64,000 nt of DNA, taken from the NCBI GenBank assembly GCA_951406725.2, contig OX597838.1, positions 21,142,001 to 21,206,000 of the forward strand. Reading direction: 5' to 3'. The position numbers and the translations under genes are program-made. How positions within the stretch are numbered: the stretch's first letter is position 1; every line of letters starts with the position of its first letter. Positions 31,056 through 46,100 of this stretch are shown here, piece after piece. Under the pieces are notes generated by a model. That model saw only the letters and a list, made by a program, of their open reading frames with translations, did not search any database and was not told the DNA's origin. The stretch is from Octopus vulgaris (taxonomy: Eukaryota).

Positions 31056-34000
31056 GCCAGATCTGACTCGGCCTGATGAAACCTTCCGGCTTCACAGACC
31101 CCAGTTGAACCGTCCAACCCATGCTAGCATGGAAAACAGATGCTAAACGATGATGATGATGATGATGATGATAAACTACTTAAAGCTATTTAATTTTGGT
31201 TGTTTGTTTCTGTGTGTTTCTATATGTCCTTCAACATATAGACGATGTGACACAGATCTTAAAAAAGGGCAAACTTTGAAAAAACTATGAATGTAAGTGC
31301 ATGATTAAAAAATATTTTTATTGGTAGTATAGTGGAGGGTAACAAACTTGTGTTTATATGAACGACATGCTGGAATACTTACCTGTTTGACATTTGCTGC
31401 CTTCATAACCAGCAGCGCATCCACCACTGGAACAAACACCTGTCTGACGGTTACACTTGCTCTTGTCAGCACAGTGGCACGTATTTTTACAGTTAGGTCC
31501 AAATTTAGAGCCACTGCAAACTACAAGAGAAGAAAGGAAAAATTTTGTGTTGATAAAATGTAAAAGTTTAACATCTACTTCCCATGCCGGCATGGATTGG
31601 ACGGTTTGACTGAAGGCTGGCAAGCCAGGAGGCTGCACCAGGCTCCAATCTGATCTAGCAAGGTTTCTACAGCTGGATGCCCTTCCTAACGCCAGCTACT
31701 CCAAGAGTGTAGTGGGTGTGTTTTATGTACCACTGGCATGCTCAAATGATAATTTGTGGAAAATAGCTTTAACTCCTTAGCATTTAAACTGGACATGCTT
31801 GGTCAACGTTTTATGTTTAAACTTTTCAAATCCAGGCTCTGACACCGACCATACAATGTCATTCTAGAAATAAACAATCAGATCATTGAAATCTTGAAGC
31901 TATGACACAATACGTGATTAATTTAAAATGATGTGCGTAAATAAGCATTACATTTGACAGAATAATCAGAATGCTACAGGGTTAAAGGAAAAAAAAAACA
32001 ACAAAATAATTTAATAGTATAATTGTAGTTCTTTATGTCCCATGATCATGAAGATAAATAACACCTACATGTATGAGAGGGTGCAGAAAAATTCCTGGCT
32101 TTGGGTAGAAAAAATACAGAAAGATCCTTTAATTATGATTTTATTCAACATGTTCCTCTCTCAAATTCACACACTTATTGCAGAGGTCTTTCAGCTTTTC
32201 TAAGCAATGTAAAAGAACTCAGAAGGTTGGGCCTCCAAACAGGCCTTTTGTGATACCCTTAAAGCCAGGAACTTTTCAGCAGTCCCATTTAGGGTTGAGG
32301 CTCCGACTGCCAGTACATTAAGTACTTGTTGCTTTCATCCTCATCTCCATCACTGTAGGGCTTTGCTTCTTGCCAGCACTTAGAATTTTAAAGTGAAAGT
32401 CAGTCTGCCAATCCAGTCCTACTCTATAGATTTGGAGATTTGACTACAGATGGCTGCAGTGACCAGAAAGCTGTAGGTTTTACAATGGCCTTCTCCAAGG
32501 CGAATTGCCTTGCAGGGTTGGAGAGTTCCACTTGCCCTGGAGTTGCTGGAAGGATGTCAAAGAGGATACCAGACCATCTGAAGGACTTCCTTCCTTGATA
32601 TGCTGTCGAGGTTGGCTCACCTAGTCTTTTCCTTTCCCAAAGCAATGAAAGTTTGCGTTTGAAGTTCCTTCCATAACAAGTAAATTAACCCATGGATGGG
32701 ACCCAGATATGCACTACTAACCAGGGTCAGAATAGTACTTGGGAACAATAATGACTAAGAGGTTGCTCCACACTCCTCAAGACCCTGGAACTCCTGGATC
32801 AAGGCCTCCAACTACCAGATGCAGTTCAAAGCCATAGCCAGGCCAACATCTAATACTATATATTAATAAAAAAGAACATGTCAGCATGTTTTAAAAAATT
32901 ACACATGTTTGGAGCAACAGATAATTGAATTGGTAGTGATAAGATTCTAAACACACCACACAACAAGCCGATATAATACTGCCATCATATTAAACATACC
33001 ACAACAAGCCGTTATGATACACACTGCTATCATACTAAACACACCACAAGAAGCCTGAATAATACATACTGCTACCATATTAATATACTTTCAAATATTC
33101 CATGCTAGCAAGGGTGGGACAGATTCACAAGAACCGGCCAGGCAGAACCCTGCACCAGACTTCTGTAACTGTTTTGGCAGGATTTTTACAGCTGAATGCC
33201 CTTCCTAACACCTACCACTCAGCAGAGTGGTGTGTGTGTGTGTATGTGGGGGGAGTCCCTCATAACCACTTGACAACCAGTGTTGGTGTGTTTACATTCA
33301 GATAGCTTAGCGGTTTGGCAAAAAAGGCCAATAGAATAAGTACCATAAAAAAAAAAGTAAGTCTTGGGGTTGATCTGATCAACTGAAACCCTTCAAGGTG
33401 ATGCCCCAGCACAGTCACAATTAATGACAGACAAGTAAAAAAAAGAAAAAGATATTTTCAAAATTAATTGAAACCAAAACAGTGTATTATAATTAAAATA
33501 TGACAAGGTGTAGGAGTAGCTGTGTGGTAAGTAGCCTGCTTACCAACCACATGGTTCCGGGTTCAGTCCCACTGCTTGACACCTTGGGCAAGTGTCTTCT
33601 ACTATAGCCTTGGGTCGATCAAAGCCTTCTGAGTGGATTTGGTAGATGGAAACTGAAAGAAGCCCGTCATACATATGTATATATTTGTATATGTATGTGT
33701 GTGTGTATATGTTTGTGTGTCTGTGTTTGTCCCCACCAACATCTCTTGACAACTGATGCTGGTGTATTTGCGTCCCCATAACTTAAGAGTTCAGCAAAAT
33801 AGACCGATAAAATAAGTACTAGGCTTACAAAGAATAAGTCCTCGTGTATATTTGCTTGACTAAAGGTGGTGCTCCAGCATGACCGCAGTCAAATGACTGA
33901 AACAAGTAAAAGAGTGTTAATACATTCCCACTTGGTGTAAATACTGTGTGTGTAAACCTTGCTACATCACTTACCTGTTTGACAGTTGCTACCTTCATAA

Positions 34001-37000
34001 CCTGCAGCACACCCTCCACTGGAACACACACCTGTCTGTGTGTGGCACTTCTTGTTGTCAGCACAGTGGCACATACTCTGACAGTTTGGTCCAAATTTAC
34101 CTTTTACACATGCTGTAACGTAATTAGAAATTATATATTCTTAAAAATCATTGAAGTGGTATAGGTATCAATAAATAAATACACACACACACACACACAC
34201 ACACATACATGCAAGACTTTTTTCAAGTTCCAAATGTGAATCTGTTAACTACATTCCAAAGATGTATCTTTGTAGGAAACTGTAATTCAAGGGGCCAGCG
34301 TTGAGACATTGTGTCATGCTGAATCTCCCTGAGAATCAGGTTAAGGGTACATGTGTCTGTGGAGTGCTCAGCCACTTGCATGTTGATTTCACGAGCAGGC
34401 TGTTCCATCAATCGGATCAACTGGAACCTTCATCGTTGTAATCAACAGAATGCCAGAGTGAGAGCAAAATAACCAAAGAGAGAGAGAAAGAAGCATTAAG
34501 GTGTATTAACCCCTTAGCATTAAAACCAGCCACATCCAGCCCAAATATTCTACCTACTTTACATTCAAACCAGCCAGATTTGGCCCCTAACACCTTCTCT
34601 ACAACGTCATTCTAAAAACCAAAGTCTAAAAGTCAGAGTCATGGAGTCAGAGACAATTAAGAGGTAGCTGGAGTCGGAGTCAATAAAACTATACCTATTT
34701 CTTTACTACCCACAAGGGGCCAAACACAGAGGGGATAAACGAGGGGATAAACAAGGACAGACAAACAGATTAAGTCGATTATATCGACTCCAGTGCGTAA
34801 CTGGTACTTATTTAATTGACCCCGAAAGGATGAAAGGTAAAGTCGACCTCGGTGGAATTTGAACTCAAAACGTAGCGGCAGACGAAATATCGGTAGGAAT
34901 TTCGCCCGGCGTGCTAACGTTTATGCCAGCTCACCACCTTGTCAGTAAAACTATACCGACTCCAACTCACAATATCTTTATTTTTTAACATAAGCCAGTT
35001 ATAACATATAGGCCTACTCAAAGTACAAGTGTATGCATATGCTTTATGAGATATGCCGACCACAATCACTAAATTACATACAGAGGATTCGGAGTCAGAG
35101 TCAAAGTTTTTTGTTTCGACTCCACAGCCCTGCTAAAAGGAAACAATCTTACCATTGAAGTCTCAAAACTACCACTATAATGCATAATTTATGCAAAGCA
35201 GTATGAATAAATAAGCATTACATTTGACAGAAGATTCTGAATGTTAAAAGGTTACGTGATTCTGGTTACTACAAAAACATCTCTCCTTTATGCATGAGGG
35301 TTTTCCCTATGTGAATATGAGGTGGGTTTCGTTTAATATTAATGTCTCTTAATGCTTCTATCATTCTCTGTCTGTCTCTCTTTGCTTACATGCAAAGAAT
35401 GTTGTTTTTTATGTATGTGAGGAAATGGAAAACGTTTTTCAGTTAGGTTCAATTGATAAATTGTAATGGCTCTCTCTCTCTTTCACTGTCTGTCTTTCTC
35501 GTTCTCTCTCTCCCCCTCTCATTCTGTCTCTCCCCCACTCAGTCTGTCTCCCCCACCATTCATTCTGTCTCTCACTTTATTACTCTCATTATCTCTCACA
35601 CTCTTATTCTCTCTTTTCTCTGACTCAAGCTCTCCTTCCCTTTTTCTGCTTATATGTGTGAGTACATTTCTTTATTTTTGTTTAAGGAGAAAGAAAAAGT
35701 GTTTTATTTAAAGTGTTTATTTAAAGAGTGTTTATTTAAGTTGTCTACCTGTGTCTCTTTGTCTCTGCTTCTCTCTCTCTCTCTCTCTCTCTGTCCGTCT
35801 TCCTGCCTCTCTCCCTTTCATTTTATCTTCCATTCTTTCATCCTATCACTTTCTCCCTGCAAATTTTCCTTTATGCACGTGAGGAGAAGAAAAATGCTTA
35901 TTCAAGTCAATTAAGAAATTGTAATCTCTAACTGTATCTATCTTTCTCTCTCAGACTTCACAAGCTTTTGCTGGGGAATGAATGAGTCCACTTACCTGTT
36001 TGACAGTTGCTACCTTCATAACCTGCAGCACATCCACCAATGGTACATACACCACTTTGACGGTTACACTTACTCTTGTCAGCACAGTGACATGTATGTT
36101 GACAGTTTGGTCCAAATTTACCATTTACACACGCTGTGCAAAAAAACCCCAAAAATATGGTTTTGAGAACACTGAAAATTGTATCAAATTCTAAAATTAT
36201 ACAAAACTAGCAGTATCGCCCGGCGTTGCTCGGGTTTGTAAGGGAAATAACTATATAAGCATTTTTAGAGAGTTACTTCCTTTATAGATGCCAATTCGGG
36301 CTTTCTTAGCCATTTCTGTTTTGGTGTCTTCAAGCCATGAAGTCGTTGTTCTAAAAGAACGCTGGTCTCCTTGACAACGCATTACGATGTTGATTTCCTT
36401 AAACTCCCTTCCCCACAGCTTCACGAGGGAGGGAAGAAGGGGGAGAAGCAAACACAGGTGCAGGTGTTTGAGCGTGGAAGCCAACTCCGCCGCCATCGAC
36501 ACACGAAAAATTATGCATTAAAATGGAATAAAAAAATGATGTTAAATTATTTTTAAAATCGTAGACTCATCGTAGACGCGCGCTAATAGCCAGACGGGCT
36601 CGATATTAATCACGACTATAAGATACCCAAATTTGGTTAAACTGCACCGCAAAATGTGGGAGGAGTTAGGAATCTAAATCGTAGGAGACAGACACACACA
36701 CAACTACAGTTTTATATATATATAGATAACTATGAGGCTGAATGGGTAGAAACTTCCATCTCAACCATATGGTCTTACATTCAGTCCCACTGCAAGACAC
36801 CTTGTGAGTGGATTTGGTCAACAGAAACCGAAGGAAGCCTGCCATTCACACATACACACACACACACATATATATACATATTCTTTTGTTTCAGTTATTT
36901 GACTGCAGCCATGCTGGAGCACCACCTTTAGACGAGCAAATCGACTCCAAGACTTATTCTTTGTAAGCCTAGTACTTATTCTATCGGTCTCTTTTGCTCT

Positions 37001-37099
37001 GCTTACAAAGAATAAGTCCTGGGGTCGATTTGTTTGACTAAAGGCAGTGCTCCAGCATGGCTGCACTCAAATGACTGAAACAAGTAAAAGAATAAAAGA

Positions 37100-37131
<32 letters not shown>

Positions 37132-40100
37132 CATCTATGTACCATTAATATCAAAAATCAAAATCAAATCAGGATTGAAATCAAAATGGAAATTGTAGTT
37201 GTGGCCAATGCCAGTGCCACTTGCCTGGCACCCATGCTGGTGGCATGTAATAAGCACCATTCAAGCATGGGTCGATGCTAGTGCTGCCTGACTGGCTCCC
37301 CATGCCAGTGGCACCACATAAAAATCACCAGTCCCCCCAACCTCCGGACTGGCTCCTGTGCCAGTGGCACATAAAAAGCACCATCCAAATGTGGTGAAGC
37401 CAGTGCCGCCTGACTGGCTCCCATGCCGGTGGAACGTAAAAAACACTCACTACACTCTCAGAGTGGTTGGTGTTAGGAAGGGTATCCAGCTATAGAAACC
37501 TCGCCAGACAAGATTGAAGCCTGGTGCAGCCTCCCGGCTTGCCAGTCCCCAGTCAAACCGTCCAACCCATACCAGCATGGAAAATGGACATTAAATGACG
37601 ATGATGATGATGATCGTTCATGATATGATATGGTATAATCTGCTACCATCAGCATAATATCTCTCACTTTGCTCACACTAAAAAGCAATGTTATGCCATC
37701 CATACTACTGTAATATTTCACAATGAAAGGTCCAGAAAGAGGATACACTAACCTGTTTGACAACTGTTACCGCCAAAACCTGCAGCACATCCTCCACTGG
37801 AGCAAACACCCGTTTGACGGTTACACTTCTTATTGTCAACACAGTGGCAAGTACTTTGACAGTTTGGTCCAAATTTAGATACACTACAACCTACAAGAAA
37901 TTAAACAACAGCAGTTTTAGCATGCATTTTAGAGAGATATGGCTTAAATAGTGGAAATTAAATTAAATATATATATATGAATCAGCAGGAGTGGCTGTGT
38001 GGTAAGTAGCTTGTTTACCAACCACATGGTTCCGGGTTCAGTCCCACTGCGTGGCACCTTGGGCAAGTGTCTTCTACTATAGCCTCGGGCCAACCAAAGC
38101 CTTGTGAGTGGATTTGGTAGATGGAAACTGAAAGAAGCCCGTCGTATATATGTATATATATGTTTGTCCCCCAACCATTGCTTGACAACCGATGCTGGTG
38201 TGTTTATGTCCCCGTCACTTAGCAGTTCGGCAAAAGAGACCGATAGAATAAGTACTGGGCTTACAAAGAATAAGTCCCGGGGTTGAGTTGCTCGATTAAA
38301 GGCGGTGCTCCAGCATGGCCGCAGTCAAATGACTGAAACAAGTAAAAGAAAATAAGAGAGAGAATCCTTTAATATTCAGATTATTCTATCAAATAGAATG
38401 CTTATTTATTCACATCGTTTTGAATTAATCATAATTATCCTGTAACTTTGTGATTTAAATGATACAATTGTTTATTAGAATAACATTGTAGGGTAGGTAT
38501 GAGAGGTCAGACCTGGCCGGTTTCATCATAAAACAAGTAGGATATTTGGGCTGGCTATGGTTGGTTTAAATTCTAAAGGGTTAAAGGTTAACAACATGGG
38601 AAAAAGCAAACAACATACACTTTACAAAGTGTACTGGGTGCTTTTACATGGTACCAGCACAGGTGCTTTCATGTGGTGCTATTATGTGGCACCAGCACGG
38701 CAAGCTTTCATGTGGTGCCAGCACAGGTGCTTGATGTTACTAATTTTTATTTATTTATTTATGCACCCTTTTCAAGCCTAGCCAGGCTCATGGGCTCGGT
38801 TTCCCGGTTTCTATGGCGTATGTGTTCCTCCCAGCTGGACAGGACGCCAGACTATCGCAGCGTTACTCAAGAAACAGGAAGAGAGAGTGAGAGAAAGTTG
38901 GGGTGAAAGAGTACAACAGGGGGTCGCCACCACCCCCTGCCAGAGCCTCGTGGAGCTTTTAGGTGTTTTCGCTCAATAAACACACAACGGCCAGTCTGAG
39001 AATCGAAATTGTGATCCTCCGGTCGCGAGTCCGCTGCCCTAACCACTGGACCATTGCGCCTCCATTGATGTTACTAATAGATATGTAAAACATGCTACAT
39101 CACTTACCTGTCTGACAGTTGCTACCTTCATAACCTGCAGCACATCCTCCACTTGAACATACACCAGTCTGACGGTTACATTTGTTTTTGTCAGCACAAT
39201 GACAGGTATTTTTACAGTTTGGCCCAAATTTACCAATTACACACGCTGTAAGAAAAATACATATTAATCATTAAAATCAAGAATGGTATCAATTTGAAAT
39301 AAATATAATAAGCCTTTGTAGAGGTGCAATGGCCCAGTGGTTAGGGCAGTGGATTCATGGTCGTAGGATTGCGGTTTCGATTCCCAGACCGAGTGTTGTG
39401 AGTGTTTATTGAGCAAAAACACTTAAAGCTCCACGAGGCTCCAGAAGGGGGTAGTGGTGAACTCTGCTCTATTCTTTCACCACAACTTTCTCTCACTCTT
39501 TCTTCCTGTTTCTGCTGTACCTGTATTTCAAAGGGGCCAGCCTTGTCACACACTGTGTCACGTTGAATATCCCTGAGAACTACATTAAGGGTAACACATG
39601 TCAGTGGAGTGCTCAGCCACTTGCCCGTTAATTTCATGAGCAGGCTGTTCCGTTCATCGGATCAGCTGGTTGTCAGATAGTTGTTGACAAACAATGGAAG
39701 TAATTTTATTCAGCTGAATACACTTCATTGATTGGTTGAAATTATCGAAATAGGACTATCTTAATGTGAAATTACTTCATAAATATGTTTTTCTCAAAAA
39801 CGCTAAGAGTAAAAGATATTTTATATCATACATTCTATGAGTGTCCGAAGTTTGAAAGTGTTTAGTGACAAAAAATTATTTTTTAAATCTGTCAGTCAAA
39901 AAGGTAAAGATCCATGAAATTAATTATAAATATTCAATAATGTATATTCCACTTACCTGTTTGACAGTTGCTACCTCCATAACCAGCAGCACATCCTCCA
40001 CTGGAACACACACCTGTCTGACGGTTACACTTGCTGTTGTCAGCGCAGTGGCATGTACTTTTACAGTTTGGCCCAAATTTATCTTTTGTACATGCTTTAA

Positions 40101-43100
40101 CAAAAATATGAAATTAGCTATGAATTAATACAAAACTATGAAGCATACTAAAAATTAATGCAATAATATGAAATATGCTATAAATTAATACAATGATTTA
40201 TATAACTCAAATAAAAATAAATACATATGTGATCATTGCCAGAGCAGCTAACTGGCTTCCATGCCGGTGGCATGTAAAAAGCACCATTCATGCATGATCA
40301 TTACCAGCGTCACCGGTTGAGAGCAAATAATATAAATTTTGTCCTATTGTGAAAAAACATTTGAGAGAGGTCATTGCTAGTGCCACTGGACTGGCTCCTG
40401 TGCAGGTGGCACATAAAAAACACCACTTGAGTGTGGCCGTTGCCAATACCGCCTGACTGGCCCTCGTGCCGGCGGCACATAAAAGCACCCACTACACTCT
40501 CGGAGTGGTTGATGTTAGGAAGGGCATCCAGCTGTAGAAACTCTGCCAGATCAGATTGGAGCCTGGTGCAGCCATCTGGTTCACCAGTCCTCAGTCAAAT
40601 TGTCCAGCCCATGCTAGCATGGAAAGTGGACATTAAACGATGATGACGCTACCTTTCAGATTATTAAGGATCTAACATCTTTTTATTTTATTTAAAAACT
40701 GCTCGTTGGAATTCAACAAAATTTCCACAAAAACATGGCAACAGACATATACGTGTGGTGTATAAGCACCTCTCCTTAAAAAAGGCATTTTTAAAAAGAT
40801 ATTTTTTCATATTCCTACGTTTTACATGTTGGAGATTACAAACATGCAAAAAAAAAATTTTCCTTTCACCCCACCCACCCCCACACAATTTAAAATCTCA
40901 AACTTTTTCCAAATTTTTTTTTTTTAAACCACTTTTTCCAAATTTAAAATGCCCACCTCAACCTCCCCTTCTCCCGAATTTTTAATTTTTCAAACTTCAC
41001 CCAGTCTCTCCGACGGATCTCACACACAGTCACCTATCCCCCCACACACACACACACACACACACAACCAAAAACAGACATTTCTGAATTTTTTTTTTGC
41101 AGCAGGTTCCTACGTTTGCAATCACAGAGATTCCGAATATGCAAAAAAAAAAACCATGTTTTCAAAATTTTAAATTCAACAAGCATATAGTTATGTGCAT
41201 AAAGAGATAGATAGATATGAATAAACGGATAGGAATAAATAGATATTTCGTTTTTGGATTTGGTTTGCAAGATTCTTTATGAGTTCATGCGCTGAAGCAT
41301 ATTCTGTTGTGTCTGGGGAGAGTCATTCTCTTTTTGTGCCTTAACACACTCACAGGTAAAATTTCCACTTATTTCTTATTTTTATTTTCCTAAAATTTTC
41401 ATTGCATCTTGCAACCTTTTCAATAGACAAATAAATAAATGGCTGGAAAAAGTTTTACGATTATTTAAAGCAAAGACAAGTAAAACGGAAATTTTTTTCA
41501 CTGTCTTTGTCTACATGTAATCAATCTATCTACACACACACACATGTATATTAATATATACGAAACAATTCTAAAAGCCTTTATAATCATGTCCATACTC
41601 TTTACTCTCTTTTACTTGTTTCAGTCATTTGACTGCAGCCATGCTGGAGCACCACTTTTAATCGAGCAACTCAACCCCGGGACTTATTCTTTGTAAGCTC
41701 AGTACTTATTCTATCGGTCTCTTTTGCCGAACCGCTAAGTGACAGGGACATAAACACACCAGCATCAGTTGTCAAGCGATGTTGGATGGGACAAACACAG
41801 ACACACAAACATACACACACACACACATACATACGACAGGCTTCTTTCAGTTTCCGTCTACCAAATCCACTCACAAGGCTTTGGTCGGACCGCGGCTATA
41901 GTAGAAGACACTTGCCCAAGGTGCCACGCAGTGGGACTGAATCCGGAACCATGTGGTTGGTAAACAAGCTACTTACCACACAGCCACTCCTGCGCCTTTA
42001 TTGTTTTGTCATCAAGAGTAGTTAACATCATCACTTATTGTTAACTCTGCAGTGGTTATTTTTGTGTTGTTATATACAGGAACATTTTCACAAAACAAAA
42101 ATATATATAAATCATCATCATCATCGTTGTCGTCTAACATCCATGTACTTCGCAGAACTACAAATCCTGTGGAGGTGGGGGTCAGTTTCATGCCAGTGGA
42201 CAAGGGATTGATCTATGAGAAGGAGGTGTGGTAGTGCAGGTTTTTGTGGAGGACCGGTGTGGTTACTAATATTTAATAGGGGAAAAGGGTAAAGATCCCC
42301 TCTGGCCATTCATGACCATGAGATTGCATCTAGAAAGTTCCCCTCCAAGGTACAAGTCCGGACATATTTGTTTATAGAAGACCGACAGTCACCCATGCAT
42401 ACCAGACCACCCTCTCCATGCCACCAATGTTATCCAAGGGAAAAGCAAAGATTGATACAGCAAAGCATTCAATACAGAGAATGTACAGTTGTGGCCAAAA
42501 TGTTCAGAACGGCATTGTTTTCGTCAGAAAAGTAGGTATAAGTTTTTATCAAAGTTGTTTTATATTCTATAATTTTCACAGACAATAAATACGATATTAA
42601 TCGTTATTGTCTGAGATTTTGGTGTAATTTTAGAGGATAATACAGAAGTTATGGATGATTTAGTGATTTAGTGCAAAACCCATGGTGGCCAAAATGATCA
42701 GAACGGTTGAAAAATAACAAAATAATCAAAAACGACAGAGAATACTGGAATTATTTAATATTTAGTGTGAAGCCCTTTAGCTTCAATCACACTTTGACAT
42801 CTTCGACTGCATGAGGAAATTAAATTTTCAATTTCTTGCTGGGTGATCTTATTCCATTCTTCCTGAAGGGCATTCCATAATTGCTTGGTTGTTTTAGGAT
42901 TTCTGGCTTTCGAACGTTCTAGAATATTCCACACATTTTCAATAGAATTGAGATCTGGGCTTTGAGCAGGCCAATCCATAACAATAACCTTTTCAGCCTT
43001 GAGGAAGTTCATGACCACCTTAGCCTTGTGACATGGGGCATTGTCCTGCATGAATATGGGTGGTCGCTTAGTTGAATTTCTCAGCACAGGCAAGACATGA

Positions 43101-46100
43101 TCTTTTACAAGTTGTTTATAAACTCCTGCATTTACCATTCCATGTAATCGCACCAAATGGCCCACACCATCTCCAGATATCATCCCCCAAACCATGACAC
43201 TTCCTCCACTGAATTTAACCCTAGTCTTAAGGCATTTAGGCGACAATTTTTCACCTACTTTTCGACCTACTTTTCCCATCTGAGCCAAATAACATAAACT
43301 TAGATTCATCACTGAAATGCACCGTTTGCCATTTTTCTTGAGACCACAACACGTGTTCGGTTGCAAAGGTAAGACGACACTTTTTATTCTTGGATCTGAT
43401 CAGTGGCTTCACTGCAAGTGCTCTTGCTTGTAGGTCATGTTCAACTAAGCGACGAGACACAGTTTTTCAAGATAATGTTTTCTTCAGTACAATGCTCATT
43501 TCCCGAGAAACAGCAGCAGCAATTTTAAATCTGTCCTTTTTAACCAATTTTATCATAGCACGATCTTCTCTCTTGGTCGTTTTTCTTGGCCTACCTGTAG
43601 ACTTTCTTGCTTCACACGAACCACAATCATCGTAGACCTTAAGAATACCGTGAACAACACTTTTTGACTTGTTAACAATCTTTGCAATAGACCCAATACT
43701 TAAATTATCCTTCTTTCGAAGTTTAATAATCTGCTGACGAACTGGTAACGGAGTAAGTGGCATTATATTAACAAAGTACACTGCAGATATTCTTACTAAT
43801 GTTTAGTAAACGAACCGTCACGTAAACAAATTCAAAACATTAGAGTTTGCCGGTTAAATATACTAAAACACGGAGTAAAAGCAACCGTTCTGATCATTTT
43901 GGCCGGCATGGATTTTGCAGTAAATCACTAAATCATCCATAACTTTTGTATTATCCTCTCAAATTACACGAAAATCTCAGACAGTGACAAATAATATCGT
44001 ATTTATTGTCTGTGAAAATTATAGAATATAAAACAACTTCGATAAAAAATTATACCTACTTTTCTGACGAAAACAATGTCGTTCTGAACATTTTGGCTGC
44101 AACTGTACATATGAGCCAAAAAAGTTTGTGTGAGATTTGGCTGTTATTTCTGGGACGTGAAGAGCCTGCTTGAAGGCCGTAGAATCGGGAGGGGACGGAT
44201 TGGAGTAATTCAATTTTTTTTCTGTTTTTTGAAATATTGAAATTTTACAAAATTTTTTTTTCCGGCATCATAATCTCCGTATTTTTCTACGTATTTCGTC
44301 CTTCAAAAGATTTTGAATGAAGTGAAAAATGAGAAAATGAGAGAGGAGGAAATTTTGAAATTGCGATTTTGCAATTTTTTTTCCAGAATCTAAATCTCCA
44401 TAGCCGAAAACGTAGGTTTCCATAAAAAAAAAATTAAGTTAGGAAGGGGTCGGGTTACGCCCATTATTTTTCATACATGTTATGGTGATGCTTTTCGTTT
44501 TTTAACTAAATTTCAAGGTGCTTCTCAGAAGTGTTATGTAAGCGTCTGCAGTCTGTTTAACACTGTCCGGCACTTTCGAAGGACCAACCTCCAATAATAC
44601 TTGCCCAAATCATTATGCCTCGTCCCCCATGTAGGCGTCTCAAGTGTTGATGACGAACCCGTCCATTTACAACCCATTCCGGCAATCTTTCGTCTCTAGT
44701 AGACCTTTCCGTCGATTTCCGTAAAAAAATTTTTTTTTTTACATATGGGCTTGCGGGAACTTTTGAAGTAATGAGAGCGAAAGAGACTAAGAGAAAGCGA
44801 TTGTATGACGAGGGAAGTTCTTTTGAAGTTACCGTGCATGTGAAGCATTGATGTACATGTGTGTGTGTTTGATGGGGTGTGGGAGACAGACAATATGTTG
44901 TGTAAGTGAAGTGCCTCTGTTAGTGTGTGTGAAGAGACAGAGTAATGTGTGAAAGAAAGAGATAACTGAAATTTTTTACTCGGTGTATGTGTATATGTAT
45001 GTATATTACTTCAAAAGTTTCCGCAAGCCCATATGCAAAAAAAAAAAAATCTTTACGGAAATCGACGGAAAGGTCTACTAGAGACGAAAGATCGCCCCCA
45101 TTCCTTTGCTCCAACTATCAGATCCGTCAAGGGTAGCACAAATTTTGTCTGTAAACAAAACTTTTGCAAAGTCGACCTTCATGCTATCTTCTGCCCATTT
45201 CAGACAATTTTGTGTGTGTATCTTGTATAAAGGAGGCCCTTTAATTGATGTCACTGGTTTACCGAACTTTTTCAGAAGACATCAGGTAGTTCTAGACACA
45301 GTTGTTTCGCCAATGCGCTCGAAAAGTTCCCACTTGCAAGACCTGACTTATTTACATCTTCGTGTTTAATTCGTGACAGAGAACATAGAGAAACAGCCCT
45401 CGTCTGATTATTGTCAGCTCTTTTCTGTATCTTCGTAGGAGCTGTAACAAAACTCTTTTCCACAGTTAGGCGATATCTTCCAATTATTTTAGATATTCCT
45501 AATATTGATTTATCTTTTGCATGTGCAGAAGTAATAACAGATTTCTCTGAATCAGTTAAGTCACATTTATGACCCCTAATTACACGATTGTCAGACCACT
45601 CGTTAATAATTTGGAACACACTGAAAGTTCGTGGAAGTGAAAATCATGCAAATGGCCGCGGTTTCTTTACGCGTGCGCAAAACCTCACGTTTTTTTTTTT
45701 TACACACCACGCACATGTCATTCTGTGGAATTTTCGTTGAATTCCAGCATTTAGTTTTCAAGTAAAAATTTTTTAAATGTTATGTCGTTAATAATTTGAA
45801 ACACAGTGTATTTTATTTAATACACGATATAATGTGTTACAATAATTTCACTTGGTGAGAAACACCTCAAACATATTCATCTAAGAATTGAACGAGAGAG
45901 AAAACACAAAAGTTGAGAAAGAAGCTGGATATTTTCGGTTTGAACGGCAGTTTTTTCTAGCGGTGTCATATGAAATTGTCACCCACAATTATGACCCTAG
46001 TATCGATCTATTGCATTTCAATCTGTTTTAGGGTTATGGTTAGGGGTGGGGGAAGGGTATCTTTTTTTCTTCAGAAATGTAAATAAACCCAATCTGTTTC

